Shown here one piece after another: positions 23,956 through 37,599 of a stretch of DNA of 64,000 bases. The notes beneath the pieces are model-generated. The model ran no database searches. It saw only the letters and a list, made by a program, of their open reading frames with translations, and had not been told where the DNA came from. Made by a program: the position numbers and the translations under genes. The stretch is taken from NCBI RefSeq assembly GCF_001194135.2, contig NC_068984.1, positions 60,224,607 through 60,288,606 of the forward strand, written 5' to 3'. Origin of the DNA: Octopus bimaculoides. Lineage: Eukaryota. The first letter of the stretch is position 1. Every line of letters starts with the position of its first letter.

Positions 23956-25848
23956 GTATGCATGCACATCTACATAAGTGTATGAATCTTTAAACCTTTA
24001 GTATTTGTAGATTGGCAGAATCAATAGTAATGATGGACAATATTCATTGCATTTAGTTAGGTGGTGAGCTGGCAGAACTTTTAGCATGTTGGCCAAAATG
24101 CTTAGTGGCATTTTGTCCATCTTTACATTCTGAGTTCAAATTCTGTTGAGGTTAACTTTACCTTTCATCCTTTCAGGGTTGATAAAATAAGTACTAGTTG
24201 AGCACTGGGGTCGATGTAATTGACTAGTCCTCTCCTCCCAACTTACTCCCAACTGCCAAAATTTGAAACTAATCTTCCTTGCATTTAGTCAGGTTTGAAT
24301 ATTACCAGGTCTGACTTTGCTCTTCATCCTTTCAGAGTCAGTATAATAATAAATTTACAAGTCGATCACATGCATCCCTTCAAGTTTGAGTCCTTGTTCC
24401 TAAGCCAGAAGTCAAAATTACTTCAAATAAATGTTCAAACAAATGTTTGAGATGAATTACTGTTAATGTATCTATAAGTTTATGTACCAGCTTGTCAGTT
24501 CTCAGGCAAACCATCCAACCCATACCAACATGGAAAGTGAATGTTAAATAGCGATGATGATGATGATGTGTGTGTGTGTGTGTCTGTGTTTGAACCCCAC
24601 CACTGGTTAACAACTGGTGTTGGTGTGTTTGTGTCGCCATAACTTAGTGTTTTGGCAAAATAAACTAATAAAGTAAATATCAGGCTTTAAAAAAATGTAC
24701 CGGGGTTACTTCATTTGACTAAAAATTTTTCATGGTGGTGCCCCAGCATGGCCACACTCTAATGACTGAAAGATAAAAATAAAAGGAAAAGACTTTTTAT
24801 TTTATTTATTTATTTATTTTATTTGTTTTTGGATAGCGCTGACTCTATCTGGTGTTAATATCTCTTTCCCCTTCAGTTTATTTACATGTCATATCTGAGA
24901 ATTGGCCGAGACAAACTATTGTAATATTAATTTTGAGTTAAAGTTGAATTAATCATATATTACAAGTATTATTTACATAATAATCTTCCAATATTTTCAT
25001 CCTGTTATCTAAAGTTGGTCTTTATTTAATGGGTATTAAAGGACATTATTCATCGTCAACATCATCATCATTTAACATCCGTCTTCCATGCAGGCATAGG
25101 TTGGATAGTTTGACAGGAGCCAGCCAGGTAGAAGACTACCCCTGGCTACTGTGTCTGTTTTGGCAAGGTTTTTATGGTTGGATGCCCTTTCTGACACCAA
25201 CCACTCTGCAGAGTGGACTGAGTTTTGAAATATCTTTGGAAGGTAATTTTACCAGTCAAAAGACATATACTGGTTCTATTTCACTTCTTTTCATTATTAT
25301 AAGTCAACTAATGGAGTGAGCTGGCAGAACCATTAGCATGCCAGACAAAATGTTTAGTAGCATTTCATTTGTTTTTACATCATGCATTCAAATAGTGCTG
25401 AGATCAGCTTATCTTTCATCCTTTCAGGGTCATTGAAATAAGTACCAGTTGAGCACTGGGGTCAATATAACTGACTAGTCTCATCCCTAACAAAAATAAT
25501 TTCAGGCCTTGTGCCTATAGTACAAAGGATTATTACATTAACTAGTTAATGAATTAGCCAATTAATTTATTGATTTCTTGACTAATCACTTGATCAATAA
25601 ATCAATGAGTCAATTGGTTTGTCATCATCTTTTCATCACTATATTCAAACTGGTTTGGATGTATTGCATTGTGACAGACCTGGAGCTACAAGAGCATATC
25701 CTTAATGAGGTGGGGAAAATCAATGAAAGGATTCAGACAAGATAACTGATGGACCGATTAATGAAATGATTAGTGAAACAATTGATTAGTTAATCAGTTA
25801 ACTAGTTGCTCAGTAATGATAAAAAGAAGTGAAAGAGAATCAACCTAC

Positions 25849-25919
25849 CTGATTTCATTGGCAAAATGATCGTCTTGAGATATAACATCTGTTTCAACAC
25901 ATGATTTCACATTGAGTAT
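25849..25919 (-). CDS. Candidate internal exon, unknown gene (ILNVKSCVETDVISQDDHFANEI)
   Basis: Donor CAG|gtaggt is strong, acceptor tctgttttgcaag is weaker. Single open frame. Confidence 0.4.
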
Positions 25920-27984
25920 CTTGCAAAACAGATACAAAAAGATGCTGCTGTAGCTGCTGCTGCTGCAGCTGTTGTTTGATTTTGTTTTCAACACTTTTTT
26001 AATTATAAATTTTTGTATAATGATAGGAAAAAATAATGAAACAAAAAAAGCAAAGCAAAACAAAATTAACTATACTAGTTTTAGTACAAAATGGCATATT
26101 AGATAAATTAAAAATATATATTGGGTTAAAAAAAAAAATCAGATCTACATTACTGGAATAATCTTTATAACTGATATAGTTCTTTCCTTTTTTTTCTCTT
26201 TCACAAAACTCAAAAATAAAAGTGATATAAAAATGAAACTTTATAAAAGTTAACATTCCATATAACAAAAAACAAACAGACGTACAAAACAACCAAAAAA
26301 CAAAAAAAATGCTGCGAAAGATTTTATGTTAATTTACTTCTTTTTAGTTTTTTATTGTTCCTGAATTCTTCAGATTCAAGAATATACATATTGTATACTT
26401 TCTGAAGAATTCTTGTAAGATTTCTAAATTATTGATGTATGTTTTGCAAAATATTGATGTATATTTTCTAAAGTTAAATTTCTTATTTTTGTCTTGAAAC
26501 ATTTTCATTAGTTTTCTACTATCTGAATGAATTTTTATGGAATAAAATTTGTTTTTATATTTTAACAAAAGAATAATAGCAGTCATCGTTCATTTGTTTC
26601 TTATTTTTCTCTCCTTTTTTCTTTCTTCCCACTGACTGACTTGTCCATTTTTTATGAACAGAAATTACTACGATATTATTTTATTCTGCGATTTTTCCCA
26701 TTTGTGTTGCATAGGCATGTTGCATGGTACTTATGAGCATACATACATTGTTTAAGAGTATGTGACTCTGTTTCTGTATGTGTGAGTATATGTTTGTGCA
26801 TGCAGGTGCATATATATGTATATTATTCATATGTATACATATATATATATATATATTGGTGTGTATGTACATATATATATGTGTGTATATATATAAACAT
26901 ATACATTTTTATATATGTGTATGTATATAGATATATATATACATATATGTATATACATATATATGTGTGTGGGTGGGTGGGTATATACATGTATATATGT
27001 TTACACACACACACACAAAGTTGTTGGCTGATTGGCAAGAAAATCCGAGTTAAAAATTTTAGAATTCTAAATTAGCAGTTATGTGTATTTACACTAAACC
27101 TGCAATGTAAATAGATGTTGTAAAGTCGGTATTGTTTCTATTTCTTTTTCTCTTACATTTCTTATTACTTTTTGTTCTCTTTGATAAAGTGTGTTACCCT
27201 GAAATGTTCCTTTCTTATTTCTTTTGTTAGTGTATTTATTTCCATTTCACACATTCTTTATTATTGTTTTCTGTCATGTTTCTGTGCTTTTCCCACAATG
27301 TGTTTTCTTGTTCAAATTTATGTCATCTATTTGTTTTATTTCTTAACCTTATTCACCGTCGTCATCATCATCATTATTTAGTATCCCCTTTATCGTGCTT
27401 GCAAGGGTCAGACGGAGCTTGTTGAACTTTTCCTTTTGCCAACTGTCATCTGTTTCCAAGCAAGGTAATGTTTTCTCATATCTAAACATATAATTTTACA
27501 GCCAGCTGGTTTTCCTTTTGCTAATGAATCACTAACGAATTGTGAAGTGGATTGATTATACAGGCTTAATGAGTGAGGTTCTATATGGTCTCTCAGCCTG
27601 CTGCAACTAGAAGTTACATGTTCCTCAAATTATGCTCTGCTGACTCAAAAATGTTCACATTCACAGAAGATTGGAAACAAACAACCCCACTTGTATGACA
27701 GTGGTGCTCATTTACAACCATCACATGAAGTCTGGACAATAGTTGGCACAAACACACACAGATACACACACACACACTCGCGTGCATGCACACTCATGCT
27801 CACATGCGTGCACACAATCTCTCTCTCAATCCACTCAAGGATTTGATCAGCTTGGAGCTGTAGTAGAAAATACTTGCTCAAGGTGCTGTACAGTGGGACT
27901 GAAGCAAGACTCCATGGTAGAGAAGCAGGATTCTCAACCACATACCTCTCCTACACTTATAGTCACAGTTATGCCTTTTATATT

Positions 27985-28227
27985 TGTATTTTTTTTTTGT
28001 CTTTTACTCTTTTACTTGTTTCAGTCATTTGATTCTGGCCATGCTGGAGTACCGCTTTTAGTCGAGCAAATTGACTCCAGGACTTATTCTTTGTAAGTCT
28101 AGCACTTATTCTATTGGTTTCTTTTGCCGAACCGCTAAATTACGGGGATGTAAACACACCAGCATCGGTTGTCAAGCGATGTTGGGGTGACAAACACAGA
28201 CATACAAACATATACACATACACACAC

Positions 28228-28259
<32 letters not shown>

Positions 28260-28840
28260 GTCTTCTACATATATATATATGTCTTCTACTATAGCATCGG
28301 GTTGACCAAAAGCCTTGTGAGTGGATTTGGTAGACGGAAACTGAAAGAAGCCCATCGTATATATGCGGTTCGGCAAAANNNNNNNNNNNNNNNNNNNNNN
28401 NNNNNNNNNNNNNNNNNNNNNNNNNNNNNNNNNNNNNNNNNNNNNNNNNNNNNNNNNNNNNNNNNNNNNNNNNNNNNNNNNNNNNNNNNNNNNNNNNNNN
28501 NNNNNNNNNNNNNNNNNNNNNNNNNNNNNNAAGTGCTAGGCTTACAAAGAATAAGTCCTGGAGTCAATTTGCTCGACTAAAAGCGGTACTCCAGCATGGC
28601 CAGAATCAAATGACTGAAACAAGTAAAAGAGTAAAAGACAAAAAAAAAATACAAATATATATATATATATGCATATATACGATGGGCTTCTTTCAGTTTC
28701 CGTCTACCAAATCCACTCACAAGGCTTTTGGTCAACCCGATGCTATAGTAGAAGACACTTGCACAAGGTACCATGCAGTGGGACTGAACCTGTGGTTCAT
28801 AAGGAAGATACTTACCACACAGCCACTCCTATGCCTGTGT
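27985..28840. other. SINE family B copy containing an inverted near-identical copy of itself around a gap
   Basis: 28531-28650 is the reverse complement of about 27985-28105 (1 mismatch), and about 28280-28365 is the reverse complement of about 28670-28760. Confidence 0.75.
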
Positions 28841-29136
28841 CTGTTCATCTATTTGATGAATGCGTGTGTGTTCTGTTTGACATTTTGTCCGTAAAGTAAA
28901 ATTTTTGTTTGTATCTATCCAAGGAAATTTCATAAATCAATCTCTAATAGTTTTTGCTTTTTGACTGTCATCTCTCTTTCCATTTCATTTTCATAATCCC
29001 CTCATTTTTTGATTTATATTCAAGCTATATCATCCTGCAAATCAATTAAAAATTAGTGTACAATATTTCAAAAATGTTTTACATTCAGTTTTCCATGCTT
29101 CCATGTGAGTGTGATGACTACTTTGTTAGAACAATT

Positions 29137-29450
29137 AATTTTACGGCCAGCTTGTTCTCCTTTTGCTAATGAATCACTAACGGACTGTGAAGTGGATTGA
29201 TTATACAAACTTAACGAGCAAGTCTCTGTGTGGTCTCTCAGCCTACTGCAACTGGAAGTCTCATGCTCGTCAAATTATCCCCTGCCGACTCAAAAATGTT
29301 CACATTCAACAGAGTTATCAGCATTACACTAAGTATGGTAAAGATGAGGTTGATTATGGCTTGAAAGCCTTCAGCAATAACAACTGCAAAGAAAGCAGTG
29401 GACCTTGTTTGTGTCAGCTTGACAAAATCTAGAAAGTTCTTAGTGCAGTC
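29137..29450 (+). repeat. Unclassified dispersed repeat (3 copies in window)
   Basis: Homologous to 27491-27665 (gccagct..ccttttgctaatgaatcactaacg..actcaaaaatgttcacattc) and 44760-44995 (gattatggc..gccttcagcaataacaa..tgtgtcagctt). Confidence 0.7.
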
Positions 29451-29680
29451 ACCTTCATTTTTGATCTTCTTCTTGTTTCAGTCATGTGACTGTGGCCATG
29501 CTGGTGCACTGCTTTGAAGAATTTTAGTTGAATGAATTGATCCCATTACTTCTTTATTTATTTTTTTCGTAAAGCCTGAAACTTATTCTATCAGTCACTT
29601 TTTACTGAACCGCTACCTTACAGGTATGGAAAAATCACCAACACTAGTTTTCAAGCAGTGAAAGGGAACAAACACAAATA

Positions 29681-29789
<109 letters not shown>

Positions 29790-30780
29790 ACACACACACA
29801 CACACGACAAGCTTCTTTCATCTGTCTACCAAGTCCTCTCACAAGGCTTTGGTCAGCCTGAGGCTACAGTAGAAGACACTTGCCTTAGGTGCCATACAGT
29901 AGGACTGAACCCAGAACCATGTGGTTAGGAAGTAAACTTCTTACCACACAGCTATGCCTGGCTGTGGGAGTAAGAAGTTTCCTTTGTAATTCCATGATTC
30001 TAAATTCAATCCTATCCCACTATGTGGTATTTTGATAAAGTGTTTTCTGTTATAGTTTTAGGTTGACTCGAGCTTTGTGAGAGAAACTTGGTAGTTGGAA
30101 TCTGTGCGCAAGACTTTCAGATTGACTATACATATCTATGGGAAGCTGACTTTGGTTGTTGTTTAATCCTTTAGCAATTAAACTCTATAATTTAGTAGTT
30201 CAGCCAAAGAGTAAGTACCAGATTTGAAAAAAGAAAAAGTACTGGAGTCCATTTGTTCAACTAAAAACTCTTGAAGTTGCTGCCCCAGTATGAACACAAT
30301 CTATTTACTGAAACAGGTAAAAGACAAGAGACAAAGGTAAAAAATATTAAAAGAATGACTGACAGAGTTGACCTTAGTGGGATTTGAACTCAGAGCACAG
30401 AGAGGTGGAACAATACTGTAAGGTGTTAACACCAAACACTCTAATGACTGCACCACCACTTTGTTTTGGCAGTACACTTCAATTTCTATAGGCAAGAGAT
30501 CATATGAACCTGTTTTCTGCACTGGATTGGTTTGCTACCCAGTTCGGGACTGATGATAGGCTTTTATAGATGTTGAACTGTGTACAAGGATTTGAACTCA
30601 TCACAACAGACTAATTACTTGTCTAATAAATATGTAGAGTTTTTGGTGAGGTGGTGCAATATGTGAGACCTTCATATGTCTTGTAAGACCATGAATCTTC
30701 CCTTGGATCTTCATGGAACTTCTCTCTAAAGTGCTTTAATTTTATAGAAGACAAGTACTCACCCATCTTTGCAAATTTTA

Positions 30781-31001
30781 CACTTTCGTTGCATTTAAAC
30801 TGGTCATATCCAGCCCAGATATTCTCCCTGTTTTATGTTCAAACTAGCCAGATCCAACCTATCACACAGACCTTCAATGCCATTCTAAAAATATACAATC
30901 ACATAATCAAAATTTCAAAGCTACAAAATAATGCATGATTAATTAAAAACAATCTGAATGAAAAAGCATTACGTTTGACAGAGAAATAGGAATGCTAAAG
31001 G
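30781..31001 (+). mobile_element. piggyBac-type MITE copy
   Basis: Internal homology to 5268-5479 and right TIR aatgctaaaggg. Left TIR is degenerate. Confidence 0.75.
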
Positions 31002-31989
31002 GTCAAAGAAAAAGCGTGGGCCCATACAGCTCGGAGCTAGTGGCACTACAAGTGTTACCATGAGATTACAGACAGCAATGCATCCTGTCTGATTCTCTAA
31101 CAATTCTGTCAATTTATCTCTGCTCAGATTTCATACTTTAGTTTTTGACCTAAAAAAAGATGAAAGGCAAAAGTTGGCTTTGGCAGGATTTGAACTTAGA
31201 GCTCAGAAATCCAAAACTATTATAAGGCATTTTATCTGGTTCTCAAACAATTCTGCCTATTTACTACCATACATACATACATACATACATACATACATAC
31301 ATACATACATACATACATACATACATTCTATTGTGTGGTCGGTGTCAGGAAGGGCTTCCATCTGTAGAAACCATGCCAAAGCAGATATAGAGTCTGGTGC
31401 AGTTCTCTGGCTCATCTGTATTTGTCAAAGCATCTAACCCATGCCAGCACAGCAAAGGGGATATTAAATGGTGGTGGTGATGGTGATTATGTTGATGATG
31501 ATGACGATGTTGTGTGTGTGTATGTGTGCATGTGTGTAATGAACTAAATGGTTTACAGTATTTAGTTCTGCGTTCTAACAGTGCTGGGAGCCACTTTGAC
31601 TTTTCATCTCACCATGGACCTTATCAACTAACTAAACCCGCTTCATTGAAAATTAATTTAAATGAATAAATCATCCTTTCTAAATTTTGGGGGTGTTTTG
31701 GCAATGTATGAAATAAATTATATTCTGTCCTTGCTGTCTAAGTAATGAAATGTACCCCTATTTACATTGACTCTGTTTACGCATAGACTGACTGAGCTAG
31801 TAACAGTTAAATGTTTTTGTCTGAGACACATCTCATTACTGTTGGTCAGATGCAAAAAATGTATGAACTCCTTGGTCGACACTGATTTAACCAGCAGCTA
31901 CAACTTGAAATTACACACAGACACACACACACACGCACAGACACACATGCACGCACACACATAAATATTTACATATATGTAAGTATTTA

Positions 31990-32023
<34 letters not shown>

Positions 32024-32458
32024 CAGTGCATGCATGTGTGTGTGTGTCTATATATATATGTATATAATAATATTTTACCCATTACCCATGTTCTCATACT
32101 GAATATATACGATGCAGTAAATATTTTCTGCAGATATATTCCTGGAATTAGCGTGCCAAAACGAAGACTTTTGAATTTTACCATTAAGNNNNNNNNNNCA
32201 AAACGAAGACTTTTGAATTTTACCATTAAGCTGTAATTAGCAGAACCATATGCACGCGCACCCATGGCGGTGGGCAACTCTGTATACGATTCTGATGATT
32301 GCGGTTACATTACAAATCAGGCTGGTCAACGTTAGTGGTCAACGTTATTTTTTAAAAATATATATGTATATATATAGACACACAGATATTCATTATATAC
32401 ATCCATCTATCCACACATGTATGTATGTATGTTTGTATGTATGTATATAATGTATACA

Positions 32459-32495
<37 letters not shown>

Positions 32496-33359
32496 CGTGT
32501 TGTTTTAGATTTAGTGACAAACAGGAGAGAGGGTGGAACTTGAAAGAATTCATTAATCCTAAGAGAAGACATTTTCTAATATACTTTACATCTTGTTTTT
32601 ATATTTTGTGTGTGTGTTTTATTTTCTCTTCTCTTGTTTGTCTTGATTGTTTAGTTCTGTTTTACCTATGTATGATTTGAAAATATTTGATGGAAAAAAA
32701 CCCCCAAAAAACTACAAACAACTTTTTAAATAAATATCCTATATAGACTGAAGTCATCGTCTCAATTCTGTCCCTCTGGACAACATGAAACCTGAGGTTT
32801 TGACCAATGTACTTCGTAAACTGAATATAAAGATTTTTTTTCTTATTTTTAGTGGTAGGGGATTATTTTTGTAGATGTAAGGTAAACTATTTTCTTTTCA
32901 GCATCATTCTTTTTCCTCTTTTATTTTAGTCTTTCTTTCACTCTTTTGTCCCTCTCTCTCTCTGTTTGCTTGTTTAAGATGTTTTAAAGTTCTTAGAGGA
33001 AATAGAATATTAAAGATGATATCCAAATCACGTTCTGTAATCTTGCACAAAAAAAGATGGCTTAGTTATCATACAAGTTATCCTCTTGATAGGATTTCTA
33101 AAATAGTTTTCAAATGAGGTTTTGTTGCATTTTTTTTTTGGTTGTTGCTGCTGTTGTTGTTATTGTTATTGTTGTTAATGTGGTGAGCTGGCAGAATTGT
33201 TAGCACATTTGACAAAAATGTTAAGCTGCATTTCTTCTGACCCTCTATATCCTGAGTTCAAATTCCATCAAGTTTGACTTTGCCTGTCATCCTTTCAGGG
33301 TTTATAAATTAAGTAACAGTGAAATACAAATTTCAGGCCTTGTGTCTTTAGTAGAAAGA

Positions 33360-33421
<62 letters not shown>

Positions 33422-33675
33422 ACTTTCTATCCGAGCTCTACTGAGCATTCTATTTCAATCTCCTTCAGCCATTTATCTTGGCTCAACCCAAGACTAAAGA
33501 AAACAACTCTTGCCCAAGACACCACATTGTAGGATCAAGTATGGGATACCTTGGTTGTGAAACAATTTTCTTAACCTCTAAGCAGTGATACATACCATAT
33601 TACATTTATGAGACCCTACTGTATTTTTATATTTTACTTGTTACATTCACTGGACTGCAGCCATGCTTGGGCATA

Positions 33676-33796
<121 letters not shown>

Positions 33797-34679
33797 CACA
33801 CAGACACACACACACACACCATCATCATCAGTTAATGACTTGTTTCCCATGCTGGCATGGGTTGTATGGCTTGACAGGAACTGGTAAAGCCAGGGGCCAC
33901 ATCAGGTTCCCTAGTGTGTTTTGGTTTGGTTTTTATGGCTGAATGCCCTTCCTAATTCCAACTGCTTTACAGAGTGTACTGGGTGCTTTTTATATGGCAC
34001 CAGCACCCACACCAATGCTTTTTATGTGGCACATTGGTTTTAGGATCTCAATTCTGTTGTGGTGGGCAGGTTTTCTTGAGTACAGCAATGTGCCACATTT
34101 CTTGGTCCTCTGTCATCTCCTTCATAAGGTTCAACGTTTTGAGATTAGCCTTCAATACTTCATAGGTCTCCCTCTTCCACAACCTCCCTCCACTCCCATC
34201 CATATATATATCTGATGGGATTCCACACAATTTCCATCTACTATATTTTCTTTCAAGGTATTGGACAACCCTGAGTTATTGTATAAAGCACTTGCCCAAG
34301 GTGCCACACAGTGGCACCTGAATCCAAGATCATGTGGCTGCAAAACAAGCTGCTTCTTAACTATCCAGCCATTTTTGTGCCTCTAACATCCTAAAGTACT
34401 TCTTCTCAGCTGCATTGTTTTGAACTATGGTTTATAGGTATAAATGAGGATTTATTAATGGTATAGTAAAAGATTTGTAGATAATATCCAAACATGGCAC
34501 AGGTGTGGTTGTGTGGCAAGAAGCTTGCTTCTCTACTGCATGGTTCCAGGTTCAGTCCCACTGTATGGCACCTTGGGCAAGTGTCTTCTACTTTAGCCTC
34601 GGGCCAACCAAAGCCTTTTGGTGGATTTGGTAGATGGAAACTGAAAAAAGCCCATTGTCTATATATATATATATAATAA

Positions 34680-34897
34680 AGTAAAGTTGTGGAATACCGT
34701 ACGAGTGGAAATATATATGAAAGAAGGTTTGAAAATGCACTTATTTTTAAAAATATTTATTTACTTAACCGGTTTCACTTTTTTAGAAAAAGATTATCAA
34801 AAGTCTTTGAGAATAATAAAAAATGTTAAAAAACAGTTTGAGTATTAAAATGCATATATACATTCTTTGATGATAAAATATATTTAAATATATTTTA
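34680..34897 (-). mobile_element. Probable Penelope-like pLTR fragment inserted in the microsatellite of a family B SINE
   Basis: AT-rich segment carrying a hammerhead motif. It lies between the SINE 5' half (34495-34670) and 3' half (35560-35830) and runs into a gap. Confidence 0.55.
34763..34804 (-). ncRNA. Minimal type-I hammerhead ribozyme motif, U3-A8 core variant
   Basis: Minus strand reads ACUU-UUGAUAA-U CUUUUU CUA AAAAAG U-GAAAC-CG-GUU-AAGU. Stem I is ACUU/AAGU, stem II is 6 bp, stem III is the palindrome ACCGGU. Confidence 0.55.
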
Positions 34898-36289
34898 NNN
34901 NNNNNNNNNNNNNNNNNNNNNNNNNNNNNNNNNNNNNNNNNNNNNNNNNNNNNNNNNNNNNNNNNNNNNNNNNNNNNNNNNNNNNNNNNNNNNNNNNNNN
35001 NNNNNNNNNNNNNNNNNNNNNNNNNNNNNNNNNNNNNNNNNNNNNNNNNNNNNNNNNNNNNNNNNNNNNNNNNNNNNNNNNNNNNNNNNNNNNNNNNNNN
35101 NNNNNNNNNNNNNNNNNNNNNNNNNNNNNNNNNNNNNNNNNNNNNNNNNNNNNNNNNNNNNNNNNNNNNNNNNNNNNNNNNNNNNNNNNNNNNNNNNNNN
35201 NNNNNNNNNNNNNNNNNNNNNNNNNNNNNNNNNNNNNNNNNNNNNNNNNNNNNNNNNNNNNNNNNNNNNNNNNNNNNNNNNNNNNNNNNNNNNNNNNNNN
35301 NNNNNNNNNNNNNNNNNNNNNNNNNNNNNNNNNNNNNNNNNNNNNNNNNNNNNNNTGTGCGTATGTATGTGTGTGTGTGTGTGTGTGCATGGTTTGGTGG
35401 TTTATCTGTTAGTATGTTTGTGTGTGTGTGTGTGTGTATGACGTAGTGGAAGAAATTAGTAGCAGGACTGGTTAGTGGACGCTATAGACAGTGTAGGTAG
35501 ATGGTCAACAGGTGGTTATTTGAGTGTGTGTGTGTTCGTGTTTGTGTGGGGTTGTAGGTGTTATATATATATACCTGTGTGTGTATCTTTGTGTCTGTGT
35601 TTGTCCCCCCATCACCACTTGACAACTTGTCCCCCCATCACTGCTTGACAACATATCAACTGGTGTTGGTATGTTTACGTACCTGTAAATTAGCAGTTTG
35701 GCAAAAGAGCCCAATAGAATAAGTACTAGGCTTGCAAAAAAAAGTCCTATGGTCAATTTGTTTGACTAAAACCTTTCAAGGCAGTGCTGTAGTATGGCCA
35801 CAGTCAAATGACTAAAACAAGTAAAAGAATAAAATGGATTGGCCTCTACTTTTTAACAAGATGATTTATTATTTCCCATTCTCACCCATTATTGCTTATT
35901 TATAATAAAAGAAAACTTGTGTGTGAAATTTTCTATAGGCTTAAATTTTGATTTGTTTAGCTTATTTGCCGCTGTTGAATTTCAAGTTTGCTGTTCCTGT
36001 ATATTTTCGATAATATATTATTCAATCAAAGTTTGTTGAAGTTATTATTCAATTTTCACTTTTGCGATGGTATCCTAGTGTCTGACGTTTATCTGTAGTC
36101 TGCTGATCTTGTTTTGGAGGAGAATTATTGCTGCTGGTAATGTTGATGTTGTTGTTGACTAATCTGTCTCAACTCTGGTTTTGTAGTTCTGTTATATACA
36201 CATAATTCACTAAAATCTTCTTCTCCTCAGCATTTCTGATAGGGCTTTTTTAAAATCTTTATTGTAATGTTTGTTATAATATTGGCTTC

Positions 36290-36725
36290 ACATTTTGACA
36301 CAAGGCCAGCAGCTCCAGGTAAGTGGATAAGTCAATTACATTGACCCCCAGTACCCAACTGGTACTTATTTTATTGACCCTAAAAGGATGAAAGGCAAAG
36401 TTGACCTCGGCAGAATTTGAATCAGAATGTAGCAACAGATGAAATGCCACTTAGTATGTTGCTCAGCCTGCTAATGATTCTGCCAGCTCACCCCCTTAAG
36501 GCATGTTATAATTTTGGATTCAAATTTTGGCACAAGAGCAGCAAGTCCAGGGGAGGGAGTAAGTCAGTTATATCAACCTCAGTGCTCAACTGGTACTTAT
36601 TTTATCGACCTGAAAGGACAAAAAGGCAAAAATCAACCTTGGCGGAATTTGAACTGAGAACATAAAGGCAGATGAAATGCCGGTAAGCATTTTGCCTGAT
36701 ATTGTAACAATTCTGTCAGCTTAAC
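36290..36725 (-). mobile_element. Two head-to-tail SINE family A copies
   Basis: Units about 36290-36505 and 36520-36725, each with ggtacttatttt..gaaaggatgaaaggcaaa..ctgccagctc. Confidence 0.85.
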
Positions 36726-36823
36726 AAGTCTTAAGGCATCTTGTAATATTGATGACTGAAACATATATTTACAATTTAAAGAGGGGGAGTAATAACATAG
36801 AAATGTCTACCATGGCCTCTCTT

Positions 36824-37477
36824 TTTTTTTCTTTTTTACTATTATAGGCACAAGGCCTGAAATTTAGGGGAGGGGAATAGTCAATTACATCAACCCCAGT
36901 GCTCAACTGGTACTTAATTTATCAACCCTGAAGGAGGAAAGGCAAAGTCGACCTCGGTGGAATTTGAACTCAGAACAGCGACGGCCGAAATACTACTAAG
37001 CATTTCATGCAGCATGCTAACGTTTCTTATTTCTTTATTGCTCACAAGGAGCTAAATATAGAGGGGACAAACAAGGACAGACAAGGAGATTAAGTCGATT
37101 ACATCATCCCCAGTGCATAACTGGTACTTAATTTATTGACCCCGAAAGGATGAAAGGCAAAGATGATCTCGGCGGAATTGGGACTCAGAAGGTAACAGCA
37201 GACGAAATACCGCTAAGCATTTTGCCCGGTGCTCTAACGTTTCTTATTTCTTTATTGTCCACAAGGAGCTAAACATAGAGGGGACAAACAAGGGCAGACA
37301 AAGGGATTAAGTCAATTACATCGACTCCAGTACGTAACTGGTACTTAATTTATCGACCCCGAAAGGATGAAAGGCAAAGTCGACCTCGGCGGAATTTGAA
37401 CTCAGAATGTAACAGCAGATGAAATACCGCTAAGTATTTCGCCCGACGCACTAACGTTTCTGCCAGCTCGCTGCCTT
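36824..37477 (-). mobile_element. Trimeric SINE family A insertion with 16-bp TSD
   Basis: Units 37244-37477, 37027-37243, 36824-37026. Flanked by TACCATGGCCTCTCTT at 36808-36823 and 37478-37493, with a T-rich tail at 36824-36845. Confidence 0.92.
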
Positions 37478-37599
37478 TACCATGGCCTCTCTTGACACTC
37501 TTACATCTTTATTTTCCCCATCATACTCATACTTGCTTTTTTTTTTCTCATCCTTTCACAGTATTTTTCCCTCTATCATCACTCTCTTTTCTATTCACT

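Noticed and set aside
32158-32230. Exact ~30-bp direct repeat caaaacgaagacttttgaattttaccattaag
   Set aside because: It flanks a 10-N gap, the signature of an unmerged contig overlap.
32294-32330. CTGATGA motif as a possible further hammerhead (also 52203 and 47745 minus)
   Set aside because: No downstream GAAA core or stems in the required arrangement.
36824-37477. Regularly spaced repeats resembling a CRISPR array or tRNA cluster
   Set aside because: The units are ~217-bp SINE bodies without unique spacers. The heads have A/B-box-like motifs but no complete cloverleaf, and there are no cas genes in this eukaryotic DNA.
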